A DNA stretch of 64,000 bases from Nitrosopumilaceae archaeon (GTDB lineage: Archaea > Thermoproteota > Nitrososphaeria > Nitrososphaerales > Nitrosopumilaceae), in assembly GCA_965200155.1 (NCBI GenBank), contig CBDATR010000024.1, forward strand, positions 192,001-256,000, given 5' to 3'. The notes beneath the pieces were generated by a model. The model ran no database searches and was not told the origin of the DNA. It saw only the letters and a program-made list of their open reading frames with translations. A program made the position numbers and the translations under genes. Below, one piece after another: positions 42,947-53,258 of this stretch; position 1 is the stretch's first letter; the number at the start of each line of letters is the position of its first letter.

Positions 42947-44136
42947 AATTACTAACTGACATACTACATTATGCAGCTCTGGCCATCCTGCTGGGTGTGT
43001 GCGTTGCGTGGGTAGTATTGTTGCGTGGGATCATACGCTCGCACAAACTTACGCCACGCCTGAATAGTGGTGCTTTGTGTAGTGACACTCCCAAAGTATC
43101 GGTTATACTGCCTGCTAGAAACGAGGAGGATTATATCGGCAGGTGCCTACAGAGCTTGGGGGGCCAAGATTACCCAAATTACGAAATCATTGCAATTAAT
43201 GATTCCTCTCAAGATAATACCAAAGATATAATCCTACAACATGCCAAGACAAACTCTCGTATCATACTTGTTGATGCGAAACCTAAACCCGATGGATGGA
43301 TGGGCAAAAACTGGGCTTGCATGGAGGGGTACAGACGGGCCAGCGGTGAATTATTACTGTTCACAGATTCAGACACATCCTTCTCGACAGATATTATATC
43401 CAGTGCTGTACATCACCTCACTACAAATAATCTTGATGCCTTGACGGCTATTCCTAGAATACGGGCGCAGGACTTTTTGACACGTGTAACACTCCCAATG
43501 ATATCAGTATTCCTGCATACTCGATTCTCTGCATTACGTGTAAATGATCCAAAACAAAAGACAGGATACTTTTTTGGAAGTTTCTTTATCATGCCTCGTA
43601 CCATATATGATGCCGTAGGTACGCACACAGCCGTACGTCGTGAGATCATAGAGGATGGTGCCCTAGGGAGAATGGTTAAGGATATGGGTCTCAAACTAAT
43701 GATGGTCAGCGCCATTGATCGTATTGATGCAGTGTGGGCACGGGATGGTAATACATTATGGAATGCGCTAAAACGTCTCATGGTACCGCTCTCCTTACAG
43801 AGTACTTGGTTGGGTGTGGGGATATTGGCTGCGGTATCTTTTCTTTTGTTCGCGCCTTTTCCGTTGAGTGTATACTCCTTACTCTATGATGGGGCTCCAA
43901 TATGGTTACTGACTACATCTTCTGCAGCATCACTGATGATATTGTGCGGGGCTATGCTGGAATCTCGTATTTTGCGTATAGGTGTACTTAGCGCGCTAGC
44001 ATGTCCACTGGGCGGTGCCATGATTGTGGGGGGATTTCTGTCCGGACTGATTAGGGCAGGTTCACAGAATTCCGTATCGTGGAGAGGGCGCAGATATACG
44101 CTAAGGAATCATGCTCAGGCGCCACTTGACATATGA
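42937..44136 (+). CDS. GT2 glycosyltransferase, membrane-bound
   Basis: VSVILPARNEE, GWMGKNWAC, FTDSD, EDGALG, VSWRGR.Y. Confidence 0.92.
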   Translation: MLIELLTDILHYAALAILLGVCVAWVVLLRGIIRSHKLTPRLNSGALCSDTPKVSVILPARNEEDYIGRCLQSLGGQDYPNYEIIAINDSSQDNTKDIILQHAKTNSRIILVDAKPKPDGWMGKNWACMEGYRRASGELLLFTDSDTSFSTDIISSAVHHLTTNNLDALTAIPRIRAQDFLTRVTLPMISVFLHTRFSALRVNDPKQKTGYFFGSFFIMPRTIYDAVGTHTAVRREIIEDGALGRMVKDMGLKLMMVSAIDRIDAVWARDGNTLWNALKRLMVPLSLQSTWLGVGILAAVSFLLFAPFPLSVYSLLYDGAPIWLLTTSSAASLMILCGAMLESRILRIGVLSALACPLGGAMIVGGFLSGLIRAGSQNSVSWRGRRYTLRNHAQAPLDI

Positions 44137-44206
44137 AAAACTAGTGTTTTCTTTAGTCTGTATAATGTGACAAAAATTTTTAGTGTGAGTTATACGAACA
44201 TGGATC

Positions 44207-45328
44207 ATGCGTACTTCAATACTAAGCTTGATTGTGGGTATAGTGGTGGTTGGGGCAGTGATAACCGCGCTATACGTGCCCACTACATTGGAAACAGACC
44301 CTGTATCTGTGGATGTTCCTAATTACATTGCATTTGAGCCCGCTAGCGCTCAGGAGAATCTAACTCTTGTGGACATATTCCAAATGTCTGAATCCGGAAC
44401 GGTGCAAATAGTCACTTTGCGGAATGATACACTCAGTAATAATAGCGTAGGATCCGGCTTTGTGTTTGACAAGATGGGTCATATAGTAACAAATGCACAC
44501 GTAGTACGCGATAGCGTGTCCCTGGAGGTTACCTTTCTGGATGGCAGGTCATATGAGGCAGAGCTTGCCGGTGCAGATGAGCACACTGACTTGGCCGTGA
44601 TCAAGGTTGAGACGGATCCTGATCTACTTTCCCCCCTGCCCATTGGAGACTCTGGCATTCTACAAGTGGGCCAGGGGGTGGCTGCCATTGGCAATCCATT
44701 CGGACTGTCCGGTTCAATGACCGCGGGAATAGTTAGTCAGGTTGGGAGACTGCTTCCTGCAGGTCAGTCAAACTTTTCAATACCTGATGTGATACAGACC
44801 GACGCGGCCATCAATCCAGGCAACTCTGGCGGTCCCCTGTTAAATATGCGAGGTGAGGTCATTGGAGTGAACACGGCCATACAGACCGGTACTGGTGAGT
44901 TTGCTGGCGTGGGATTTGCCGTTCCCTCACAGACGGTTCTAAAAATAGTTCCTACCCTTATAGAGGATGGCGAGTATCAACATCCTTGGATTGGTGTGTC
45001 CGGGACAGATATAAGCCCCAGATTGGCAAATGTACTTAATCTTACGGACACCCGTGGATTTCATGTCGTGGCGGTCGTGGAGGACAGCCCCGCGCACAAG
45101 GCTGGCTTGCGTGGCTCCAACCAAACAGTGCAGTATGAGGGTGTAGTGTATGTTGTGGGTGGAGATGTGATAACAATGGTAGATGACGTTACTGTACGAA
45201 AAATCTCCGACATTTTGTTACATTTACAGCGCTCAAAGGCAGTTGGCGATGAAATACTAGTCCAGCTGTTACGGGATGGGAAAGCTTTGGAAAAAACCAT
45301 AATCCTAGAGAAACGTCCAGTCCCATGA
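44207..45328 (+). CDS. htrA: HtrA/DegP serine protease with PDZ domain
   Basis: GSGF, TNAHVV, DLAVIK, QTDAAINPGNSGGPL, SPA.KAGL. Confidence 0.95.
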   Translation: MRTSILSLIVGIVVVGAVITALYVPTTLETDPVSVDVPNYIAFEPASAQENLTLVDIFQMSESGTVQIVTLRNDTLSNNSVGSGFVFDKMGHIVTNAHVVRDSVSLEVTFLDGRSYEAELAGADEHTDLAVIKVETDPDLLSPLPIGDSGILQVGQGVAAIGNPFGLSGSMTAGIVSQVGRLLPAGQSNFSIPDVIQTDAAINPGNSGGPLLNMRGEVIGVNTAIQTGTGEFAGVGFAVPSQTVLKIVPTLIEDGEYQHPWIGVSGTDISPRLANVLNLTDTRGFHVVAVVEDSPAHKAGLRGSNQTVQYEGVVYVVGGDVITMVDDVTVRKISDILLHLQRSKAVGDEILVQLLRDGKALEKTIILEKRPVP

Positions 45329-45336
45329 AAAGTATG

Positions 45337-45508
45337 ATAATTGCTTAGACCACTTTTCCATATATGCTGCCAAAGCAGAGACTAAATCCTGTTATTTCAC
45401 TACACAGTATAGGATTGGCAGGGACCATTTCCTACCGGTTTGCTTATGCTTGCTTACCGGATTGTGCCATGAAAACATATCTTAATCCGGAGCGACCTAA
45501 ACGGTTAC
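45337..45508. mobile_element. MITE family B relic
   Basis: Intact end GCGACCTAAACGGTTAC ending at 45508; other end only 11/17 matching. Confidence 0.45.
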
Positions 45509-45559
45509 GTGCTATGATGCTCGCCTGTCTTTGTGTGTGTGCGGTTACCTTTCTTTGGG

Positions 45560-45873
45560 ATCTGGTCCATAATCTTCGTACATGTCTTGAACTAATGCTT
45601 GGGCCCTGGGCTATTTGTGACGGCAGCGCCCTGCGACGCACGTCGCGCCCTCTCCTTCCGCGCATCATAATGCTTGGGCCCTGGGCTATTTGTGACGGCA
45701 GCGCCCGGTGGCCGCGCCGTTAAAGCGACATACTGGATTCCAATGCTTGGGCCCTGGGCTATTTGTGACGGCAGCGCCTCTTTCTGTCGCGATTCCTCTC
45801 TTTACCATGTCGCTTGTGCAGCCTGAACTACTGTGCGCCGGATCCTGAGCGGAATTACTTTTCGTACTATTGA
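45560..45873 (-). mobile_element. Diverged IS481-like left-end fragment hosting the CRISPR-like array
   Basis: TCAATAGTACGAAAAGT end; encodes IAQ..SISSRHVRRLW HTH. Confidence 0.8.
45594..45778. CRISPR. CRISPR-like mini-array: three identical 37-bp repeats, spacers of 38 and 36 bp; repeat derived from IS481 coding sequence
   Basis: AATGCTTGGGCCCTGGGCTATTTGTGACGGCAGCGCC at 45594, 45669, 45742; no cas genes or leader; function unproven. Confidence 0.65.
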
Positions 45874-45932
45874 CCAAGTGTAACTCACCATACTGGAATA
45901 GACCTAGAATGAGATAACTAGTCATGGAATGA

Positions 45933-46940
45933 TCAGTACTTGTCAAGACCAGTTGGTTCTGGTTGCAATGATGATTCCATTTCGAACTGTTCTGGTAGTT
46001 GGTCTATGATCCTGTCTGACGCTATTCCCACATAGACCAACCGCTCTATTATGGCGCGTACCATGTCACCATTCACGCCCTCTAGTGGATAATTCGTGAT
46101 GCCACTCTCTGCATTGGAACGATACTTGTATCTGTCAACGAACCATCCTACAGGCGTTCTACCATTGACTGAGTAATGGATTGTTGGTATGTTATCGTAT
46201 ACTAACACGTTATCCAGTAGTAGTTTGGATTGATCAACTATTCCCTTTGGTCCGGGACCGTCATTGGGTTTCTTACCAAAGGCTATTTTTTCGGGAGCGT
46301 CAGGTATTGGAACCAGCGACTCGCCCAGATTGTAACGGGGGCCGGTCTCATAATTGAGATGCAAGTCAGCTAGCTGTCTACCTGCTTTCATGAATGAGTG
46401 GAAATCGGGCGCCATGGGCATGTTTGGAAAACCGCGAACGAGGAATACCTGGTACTTGGTACGATAGCCGGGGTGGTGTAGAATCCCATACGTATAGTAG
46501 AATATATCCTCCTTCGTTATAGCATCATCATGGTATCGGTTCTGGTATTGTTTCAGCGCCCAGTCTGTAATGTTATCATTCATTTCGTCACCATCATTGT
46601 TGTTATTTTGTTTCTTTACTTTCATGGGAAAGCACTGGGACGGTGCAATGTTGTTGAGATCCGGCGTCATTCCCGTTATGAATACTGAGAACTCGCCCTT
46701 GATCTTGTTGGGTACTATTATCGCCAGGTTCTCGTATGGTGGACTGGTGGACTTACCTTGTGGGTGTTCTCATTATTTTTGTTCTTTGTACGCAAGGGTA
46801 AACAACGAGATGTTTCATGTACATGGATGTCCGGTGTTATATCGGTGACTAATGTTGAGAATTCACCCTTTATTTTATTAGGTACCAAGGGGACTCTTAA
46901 AGAAGAGTCCAACAAGGACTGTCATCAAATCGTACTATAA
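45933..46940 (-). pseudogene. Silent duplicate of the Type ISP C-terminus with two further TRD cassettes
   Basis: 45935-46577 is a colinear, ungapped copy of 48182-48824; preceded by two KIKGEFS...PD cassettes. Confidence 0.88.
46889..46912 (+). mobile_element. 24-bp hairpin micro-insertion
   Basis: CAA-GGGGACTCTTAAAGAAGAGTCCAA-CAA. Confidence 0.75.
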
Positions 46941-46958
46941 CCGGATACACCCTGGCCA

Positions 46959-47369
46959 TTATATCCCACCTGCATATTTAGGGTGAAATGCCGGAATTCC
47001 CACCATGGTGGCCACCTTAAGCATTCCCCGATCAAGCGTAATCAGGCCAATTCCATGTATGCGGCACGTGGCCAGAATGCGGTGATCACCATTATGTGCA
47101 TAGTGATACTGGTTACGTAGCATTTGGGCGGTATCCTCAAGATCTGTGGGATCCGATATTATGCCGACGCGTCTCTCAGCAAATATCTTGTGCAGGCTAC
47201 CAAGAATTGCATCAACTGTCAGGTTATGTACCCGTCTGAGCTCCCATAATACTTGGCGACACAGCACTATCTTATATTGCTTGCCCTTAAGCTTGTCTCG
47301 CAGTTTACTGACGACCGAGGCGCCCTCCATTATGCCTATTACAACGCATGTGTCAACGGCTATTTTCAT
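46959..47369 (-). CDS. PIN-domain (VapC-like) ribonuclease
   Basis: IAVDTCV, V.WEL, GDHRILA, LITLD. Confidence 0.88.
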   Translation of the reverse strand: MKIAVDTCVVIGIMEGASVVSKLRDKLKGKQYKIVLCRQVLWELRRVHNLTVDAILGSLHKIFAERRVGIISDPTDLEDTAQMLRNQYHYAHNGDHRILATCRIHGIGLITLDRGMLKVATMVGIPAFHPKYAGGI

Positions 47370-47664
47370 GATAATGGTATGCTAATATAGTTATTATTGA
47401 TTACTTACATAGTATTGTTAGTATCCATAGTATTAATAATATAATAAATAATTAATATGTCCAGGCACACTCTTATCTGCTTCATTGTCTATATTGTGAC
47501 TTCTATTGACTTAAGTGCTTATTTTGAAAAATTTTCCATACAAACTTGGGCGGCTTAACGCGAATATTACAGCTATGTGATTCAAATTGACCCTGTGGGC
47601 ATGGACTTATGCACACGTGTTTAGATTGAAAATTTTTCAGGGCACTGATCCTATACAGACCTCT

Positions 47665-48020
47665 ATTACACGCCCCCCTCCTTACTACTATGCTACACAC
47701 TTTGTGCATCTAACTGCTTAGTTCATTTGTATAACACCTATTATTTAGCTGCCGGCACGCCCCTGGGCTTCTTATGCTATTGATCATATGCCATATATCC
47801 ACACACGCCCCTGAGCTTATACTATTGACATGACCGCCCCTTATGCCACTGCTCCTTATGGCGCCCCCATATTTCCACACACGCCACTGCTCCTTATGAT
47901 CTCCATATGTCATGACGCCCCGCCCCTGGGCTTACATATCCGCCATGCTCCTTATGGCGCCCCGCCCCACTGTCACTGCTCCTTATGGCGCCCAGAATGC
48001 CGCGACTCCTTATGCCGGTT
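47665..48020. repeat. Degenerate short-repeat tract
   Basis: Recurrent GCTCCTTATG(GCGCCC) and CACGCCCCTG(A/G)GCTT motifs with irregular spacing. Confidence 0.75.
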
Positions 48021-48161
48021 ACCTAGTGAGTTAAATTTTCGAGGACAAGTGCCTTACTATAATACGGAACGCTTCAAAAGACTGATCATTCCAACTCATG
48101 TTAACACTATTCTCTATGTACTGACTTCTTAACAGCGCCCCATATGCGCTAGACGAATATT

Positions 48162-51100
48162 CTAGGGAATAGGCGCCTTGTAGTACTTGTCCAGGCCGGT
48201 TGGTTCTGGTTGCAATGATGATTCCATTTCGAACTGTTCTGGTAGTTGGTCTATGATCCTGTCTGACGCTATTCCCACATAGACCAACCGCTCTATTATG
48301 GCGCGTACCATGTCGCCATTCACGCCCTCTAGTGGATAATTCGTGATGCCACTCTCGGCATTGGAACGATACTTGTATCTATCAACGAACCATCCTACAG
48401 GCGTTCTACCATTGACTGAGTAATGGATTGTTGGCATATTATCGTATACTAACACGTTATCCAGTAGTAGTTTGGATTGATCAACTATTCCCTTTGGTCC
48501 GGGACCGTCATTAGGTTTCTTACCAAAGGCTATCTTCTTTGGAGCGTCAGGTATTGGAACCAGCGACTCGCCCAGGTTGTAACGGGGGCCGGTCTCATAA
48601 TTGAGATGCAAGTCAGCTAGCTGTCTACCTGCTTTCATGAATGAGTGGAAATCGGGTGCCATGGGTATGCTTGGTAAACCACGAACGAGAAATACCTGGT
48701 ACTTGGTACGATAGCCGGGGTGGTGTAGAATCCCATACGTATAGTAGAATATGTCTTCCTTTGTTATTGAATCATCATGGTATTGGTTCTGGTATTGTTT
48801 GAGCGCCCAGTCTGTAATGTTATCTTTCATGGAGTCATCGTCTCCTGTACTTTCAGTGGGAATACCTGACCATTTGGTACTACTTGTAGATCCGGTATCA
48901 TTCCCGTTATGAAGCAACTCCACTCGCCCTTGATCTTGTCGGATACTATTATCGCCAGATTTTCCTGTGTAATTACCTTCTCCGGTACAGGACCTAGATT
49001 TTGGTCTGCCTTTACATGGTGAGTGGTGAGTGGTGAGTGGTGAGTGGTGAGTGGTGAGTGGTGAGTGGTGAGTGGTGAGTTACCTACCTCTTGTTCATTC
49101 TCTGCATTTTGTTTCTTTACTTTCATGGGGAAGCACTGGGATGCCTCGTGAATGTGTAAGTCCGGTGTGGTGTCTGTGACAAATGTTGAGAATTCACCTT
49201 TTATTTTGTCCGGTACCATGATGGACACGTTCTTGGTGTCTGGGCGTGGGTAGAATAAGGGTATACGGTATGTGCTGGTGATAAAAGTCGTATCAAAATA
49301 GAGATATTGTTTGAAAAATGGTCTATACAGAGACATTCTAATGTTGGTATCATGGAACATTAGTGGTTCATCTAGTTTCCGTATACTATTCTGAAGATCT
49401 TCATTCCATGCAACATATTTCTTATCCTTGTCAAAATTTTTCTTCAAGTCCTGCTTGGCACAATGTTCTATTGTTCTTCTCATATTCTCTTCCAGGTCTT
49501 GGGGCGATGCGTTGTATACCCAAACATCTCTGTGTGTTTTCAATCCGTTAGAGTACATATGAAATAGAGTATTGACTGTCTTACCACGTTTTCCCTCTTT
49601 ACTTCCCATTGAAGTCATGGAATCCCATCGTTCACTGGTATCACCACGCTGTTCCAACCAGTCATGATAACGGTCTGGTGTTATAATTTGCCAGTCTTGT
49701 ATTCCGGCGATGGAGCCATATTCTTTTATCTTTTCTAGTTTCTTATCCCTGTCCAGATAATCACCAATGTCGTGGTAGTGGATGGTGCAAGATTGTTTGG
49801 CCGGGTTCTTAACTAGTATGGTTATGGCTGTTGCCTCACGGGAGCCACCGCCAAACACATTGCCTGCCTCGCGCCTTCGTTGTTCTCCCTGTGTTTTTGC
49901 ATCACCTCGTAAATTGAAACAGTAGACATCCGTGAACTCCATTCCAAGACAGGCGCGTATGCCTGCTTCACTATTCCCAGTGATATATGCGGATGGTGTG
50001 ATTAAACCGATAACTCCGGAATCACCTATTCTTTCTGATACCCAGCGGAGGGCCTTGATGTAGGAGTTGTATAACCCTCTAGTGTTCCCTTTGGGCGCGT
50101 TTTTGATGTATGTCTTTGACACACTATCTCCCAGATACGGATGCGAGACATTCTTGTTATCCTCATTGGCCGTCTTCTGACCGCCACTATATGGCGGATT
50201 CCCCACTATGACATTGACGTAATCCATATTCTGCCGTTTCACCCTAGTCATGGCTTCCTCCAGGGAATCATCTGTAATCTTGATCTGCTTCTTACGCTGT
50301 TCGGAATCCAGCCTGTATGAGGGGCTCTGTGCGAATGTATCCAGGTATGATATCCCGCCAAATGGAACATACTCCCCGCTCTTTTTCTGGTATGATGCCT
50401 CAATATTGGACATGGCGACATAGAATGCCGGTAACATTATTTCATTCGCGTAAATATCATTCTGGTACTTGTCAGGTAGTGCATCATCACTGATCATCCC
50501 TCGCTCTATTAACTGGGCAAGGAATATCCCGGTACCGGTGAACGGGTCCAGCACCTTTACTGCTCTATCATTGAATGTTTTCCCAAACTCCGATTCTAGT
50601 ACATGAGAGACTGATGAAATAATGAAATTCACGATTTCGACTGGTGTGTGTACGATTCCATGTTTGTCCGCGGACTTTTTATCCGAGCCAATGAAGAATG
50701 CGTCATATATGGCGCGCAGGAAATCCTGCTTGGCATCCGGCTCCTTGAATAGTTCAATGTCTGCCTGTATGCCCGTATAGAATGCCTCGAACTGTTCTAG
50801 TTGTCCCTGTATGTTTAGTCGTTGCATGGTATTATCGAATGCTGATGCCACCGGGTTAGCATTCTTGGGGAACATTACATTGAATACTCTGGACATTACA
50901 GCATGCTGTGATAATGCACGAATGGTCTGCTCATATGTCAACGTGAATCCGACTATATGTTTCAGGTTCTCGTGTAATTGTTCAATGATGGGCGCAGTTT
51001 CCGGCTCAATTTTGATTCGCTGTTTCAGTTTGGTCTCTATTATTACGGCTTGCTCCCCTAGTCGCTTGCCCATGTTGGCGTGGTAACTGGCATCGCCAAG

Positions 51101-53218
51101 ACTCAGTATGACATTCTGTACATCCTTTAACAACTTGTCACTGAGTCCTGCCCCCAGTGTACGAATAATCCAGTCATTCAGTCTTGGTGGTATTTCTGAC
51201 GGATCCGGTGGCTCATGTTTACCACTCTTTCCCGACTTGGACAGTACATACTTGTTCAGTAGCTTTTGCAGTCCATCATCATGTGCTGTGATCGCACGTA
51301 ATATCTTGCTTATCTGCTCGTACCGTGTGTTCCTTTTCAACACATGATGTGGATCATCACCCTTCAAGACTGGGATGGGGACTATAACGTAACCTGTTTT
51401 CTTTCCCTCTGATTTTCGCATTACTCTACCAATACTTTGTATTATGTCGATGGGTGAGTTCTTGGGTTCCATGAATACAACGGCATCCAAGGCTGGAACG
51501 TCCACGCCCTCCTGCAAGCACCTGGCATTACTGAGTATACGAATCTCCTTTGGATCACTATCACTATTTCGTAACCAGTCTATCCGCGCTCCCCTGTCCA
51601 GCGAGTTGGTAGAACCATCAACATGCCTCGTTACAGTCTTGTAACCGTCCAGATCGGGATCAGTCTTTAGTAGTCTCTCGCTTAAATTATCAAAGCTTAA
51701 TGTTTCCTTCGTGATTTTATCAAGCTTGAGTGGTTTCTTTGCCTTGTCCATGTTCCTGCCATGATTGGAGAACAACTTTGACGCTTTTATGGTGTTGAAG
51801 AATACCATCACCCTCTGTAAGGGCCGGAATTCCTTAGTATCACCATCATATGTGATCGCCTTACAGATACTGTTCACTTTTGACATGTAGTCTATGTCCA
51901 TATCCTCGTAATCCTTGAGATCATCACCATGTTCCCTTGCAGCCTTGATGATTTCACCATACGCATCATTCTCATCAACCTCTGGTAGTATTATTTTGAA
52001 AGGTGTGAGTAGTCCAATATCGACCGCTTTTGAGAATGGTAAGTCATATAGTACATCGCCATATTTCTCATTATCCATGGAGTATACTTCCAGTCCTTGA
52101 TCCGTGGCATCCTTTCTACCCTTTTCTGTATAGACACGGGGGGTGGCAGTCATGTAGAGCCGCCTCTTGGCTGGAACCTCGCTATTCTTGTGTGCAGTCA
52201 AGTAATAGGATTCCTTGATTTTCTCGGCGCCAGTGGTGCGGTGGGCCTCATCGAATAGAATTAGATCAAATATACCATTTCTGTCCCGTATGGCTTTTCC
52301 CACACGCTCCACTGAATTATACGTGGAAAATATGACACGCATACCTTTTCGGTTCTCCATAGAATGTAGTTGCTCCTTTATCGTTTCCACATCTGTGGAT
52401 GGTTGTATGGGACACTCAGTGATGGAACCTGCCTCATCTGTACCGGACGACTTGTCAGAGCATACTGCCATGTACTGATGTTCTATGGAACGGTTATCTG
52501 CCCACTCTCTCATCGCCTGCGGTATCAGTGATATTGACGGTACCAAGTATAGAACAAGACCATCTTTCCCTGGAATGGTTTCTGCGATATGGAGTGATGT
52601 TATGGTCTTGCCAGTCCCACATGCCATGATGAGCTTACCGCGATCTGCACCCTGTAGTCCGGTGACTACTCTTTGAACTGCTTCCTTCTGGTGATCTTGT
52701 AATGTCTTTGGTTTCACTGCTCTCTTCATTCCACTCCAGTCAATTCTGCTCTGGCGGAGATCAGCCTTCATGAGTATTGAGTAACCGGATTCTTCGAACG
52801 GTTTTACAATATTCCTGCTTACGTGCGCCCCTGTGAATACAAGAATGAGTCTGTCCATCTTTTTACTCTCCTTTACGACAAACATGTTTGAGATCTGATT
52901 CTCGTGGATACTGGAATCATCATTCCAGCACTTGCACTGAATGCCAACTAACTTGTCATCCTTGTCTCTGGCAACCAGATCAATTCCAATGTCCGGTTCA
53001 CGATACCAGTCATGGAATAGTTTTACTTCCTTGAACTCATTCTTGTATATGCTGTCATTCTTGAAGTAGTGTAGCATTAGTTTCTCAAATCGGACACCAC
53101 GTTCAGTCTTGCTAACTTTACTGCCCTTGCGGCTGATATCCTTTTCATCATCGGTCTCCGCACGTAGCCTTGCTAATGCTTGATCAAAAGTTTCCACTAT
53201 TCCTGGAATGATTCCCAC
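48162..53218 (-). CDS. Type ISP (LlaGI/LlaBIII-like) restriction-modification enzyme, currently split by a frameshift (ORFs 53218-48827 and 48923-48162)
   Basis: Mrr-like DIGIDLV..IQCK, MACGTGKT, DEAH, TATPR, QSIGRVMRK, LDPFTGTG, NPPY, C-terminal DIFYYTYGILH. Confidence 0.92.
49018..49080. repeat. (GGTGAGT)9 heptanucleotide microsatellite inside the R-M gene
   Basis: 63 bp perfect; encodes (SPLTTHH)3. Confidence 0.97.
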
Positions 53219-53258
53219 CCAAGTATTAGTATATTGTGTTGGTTGGCTGAGCGACTCT

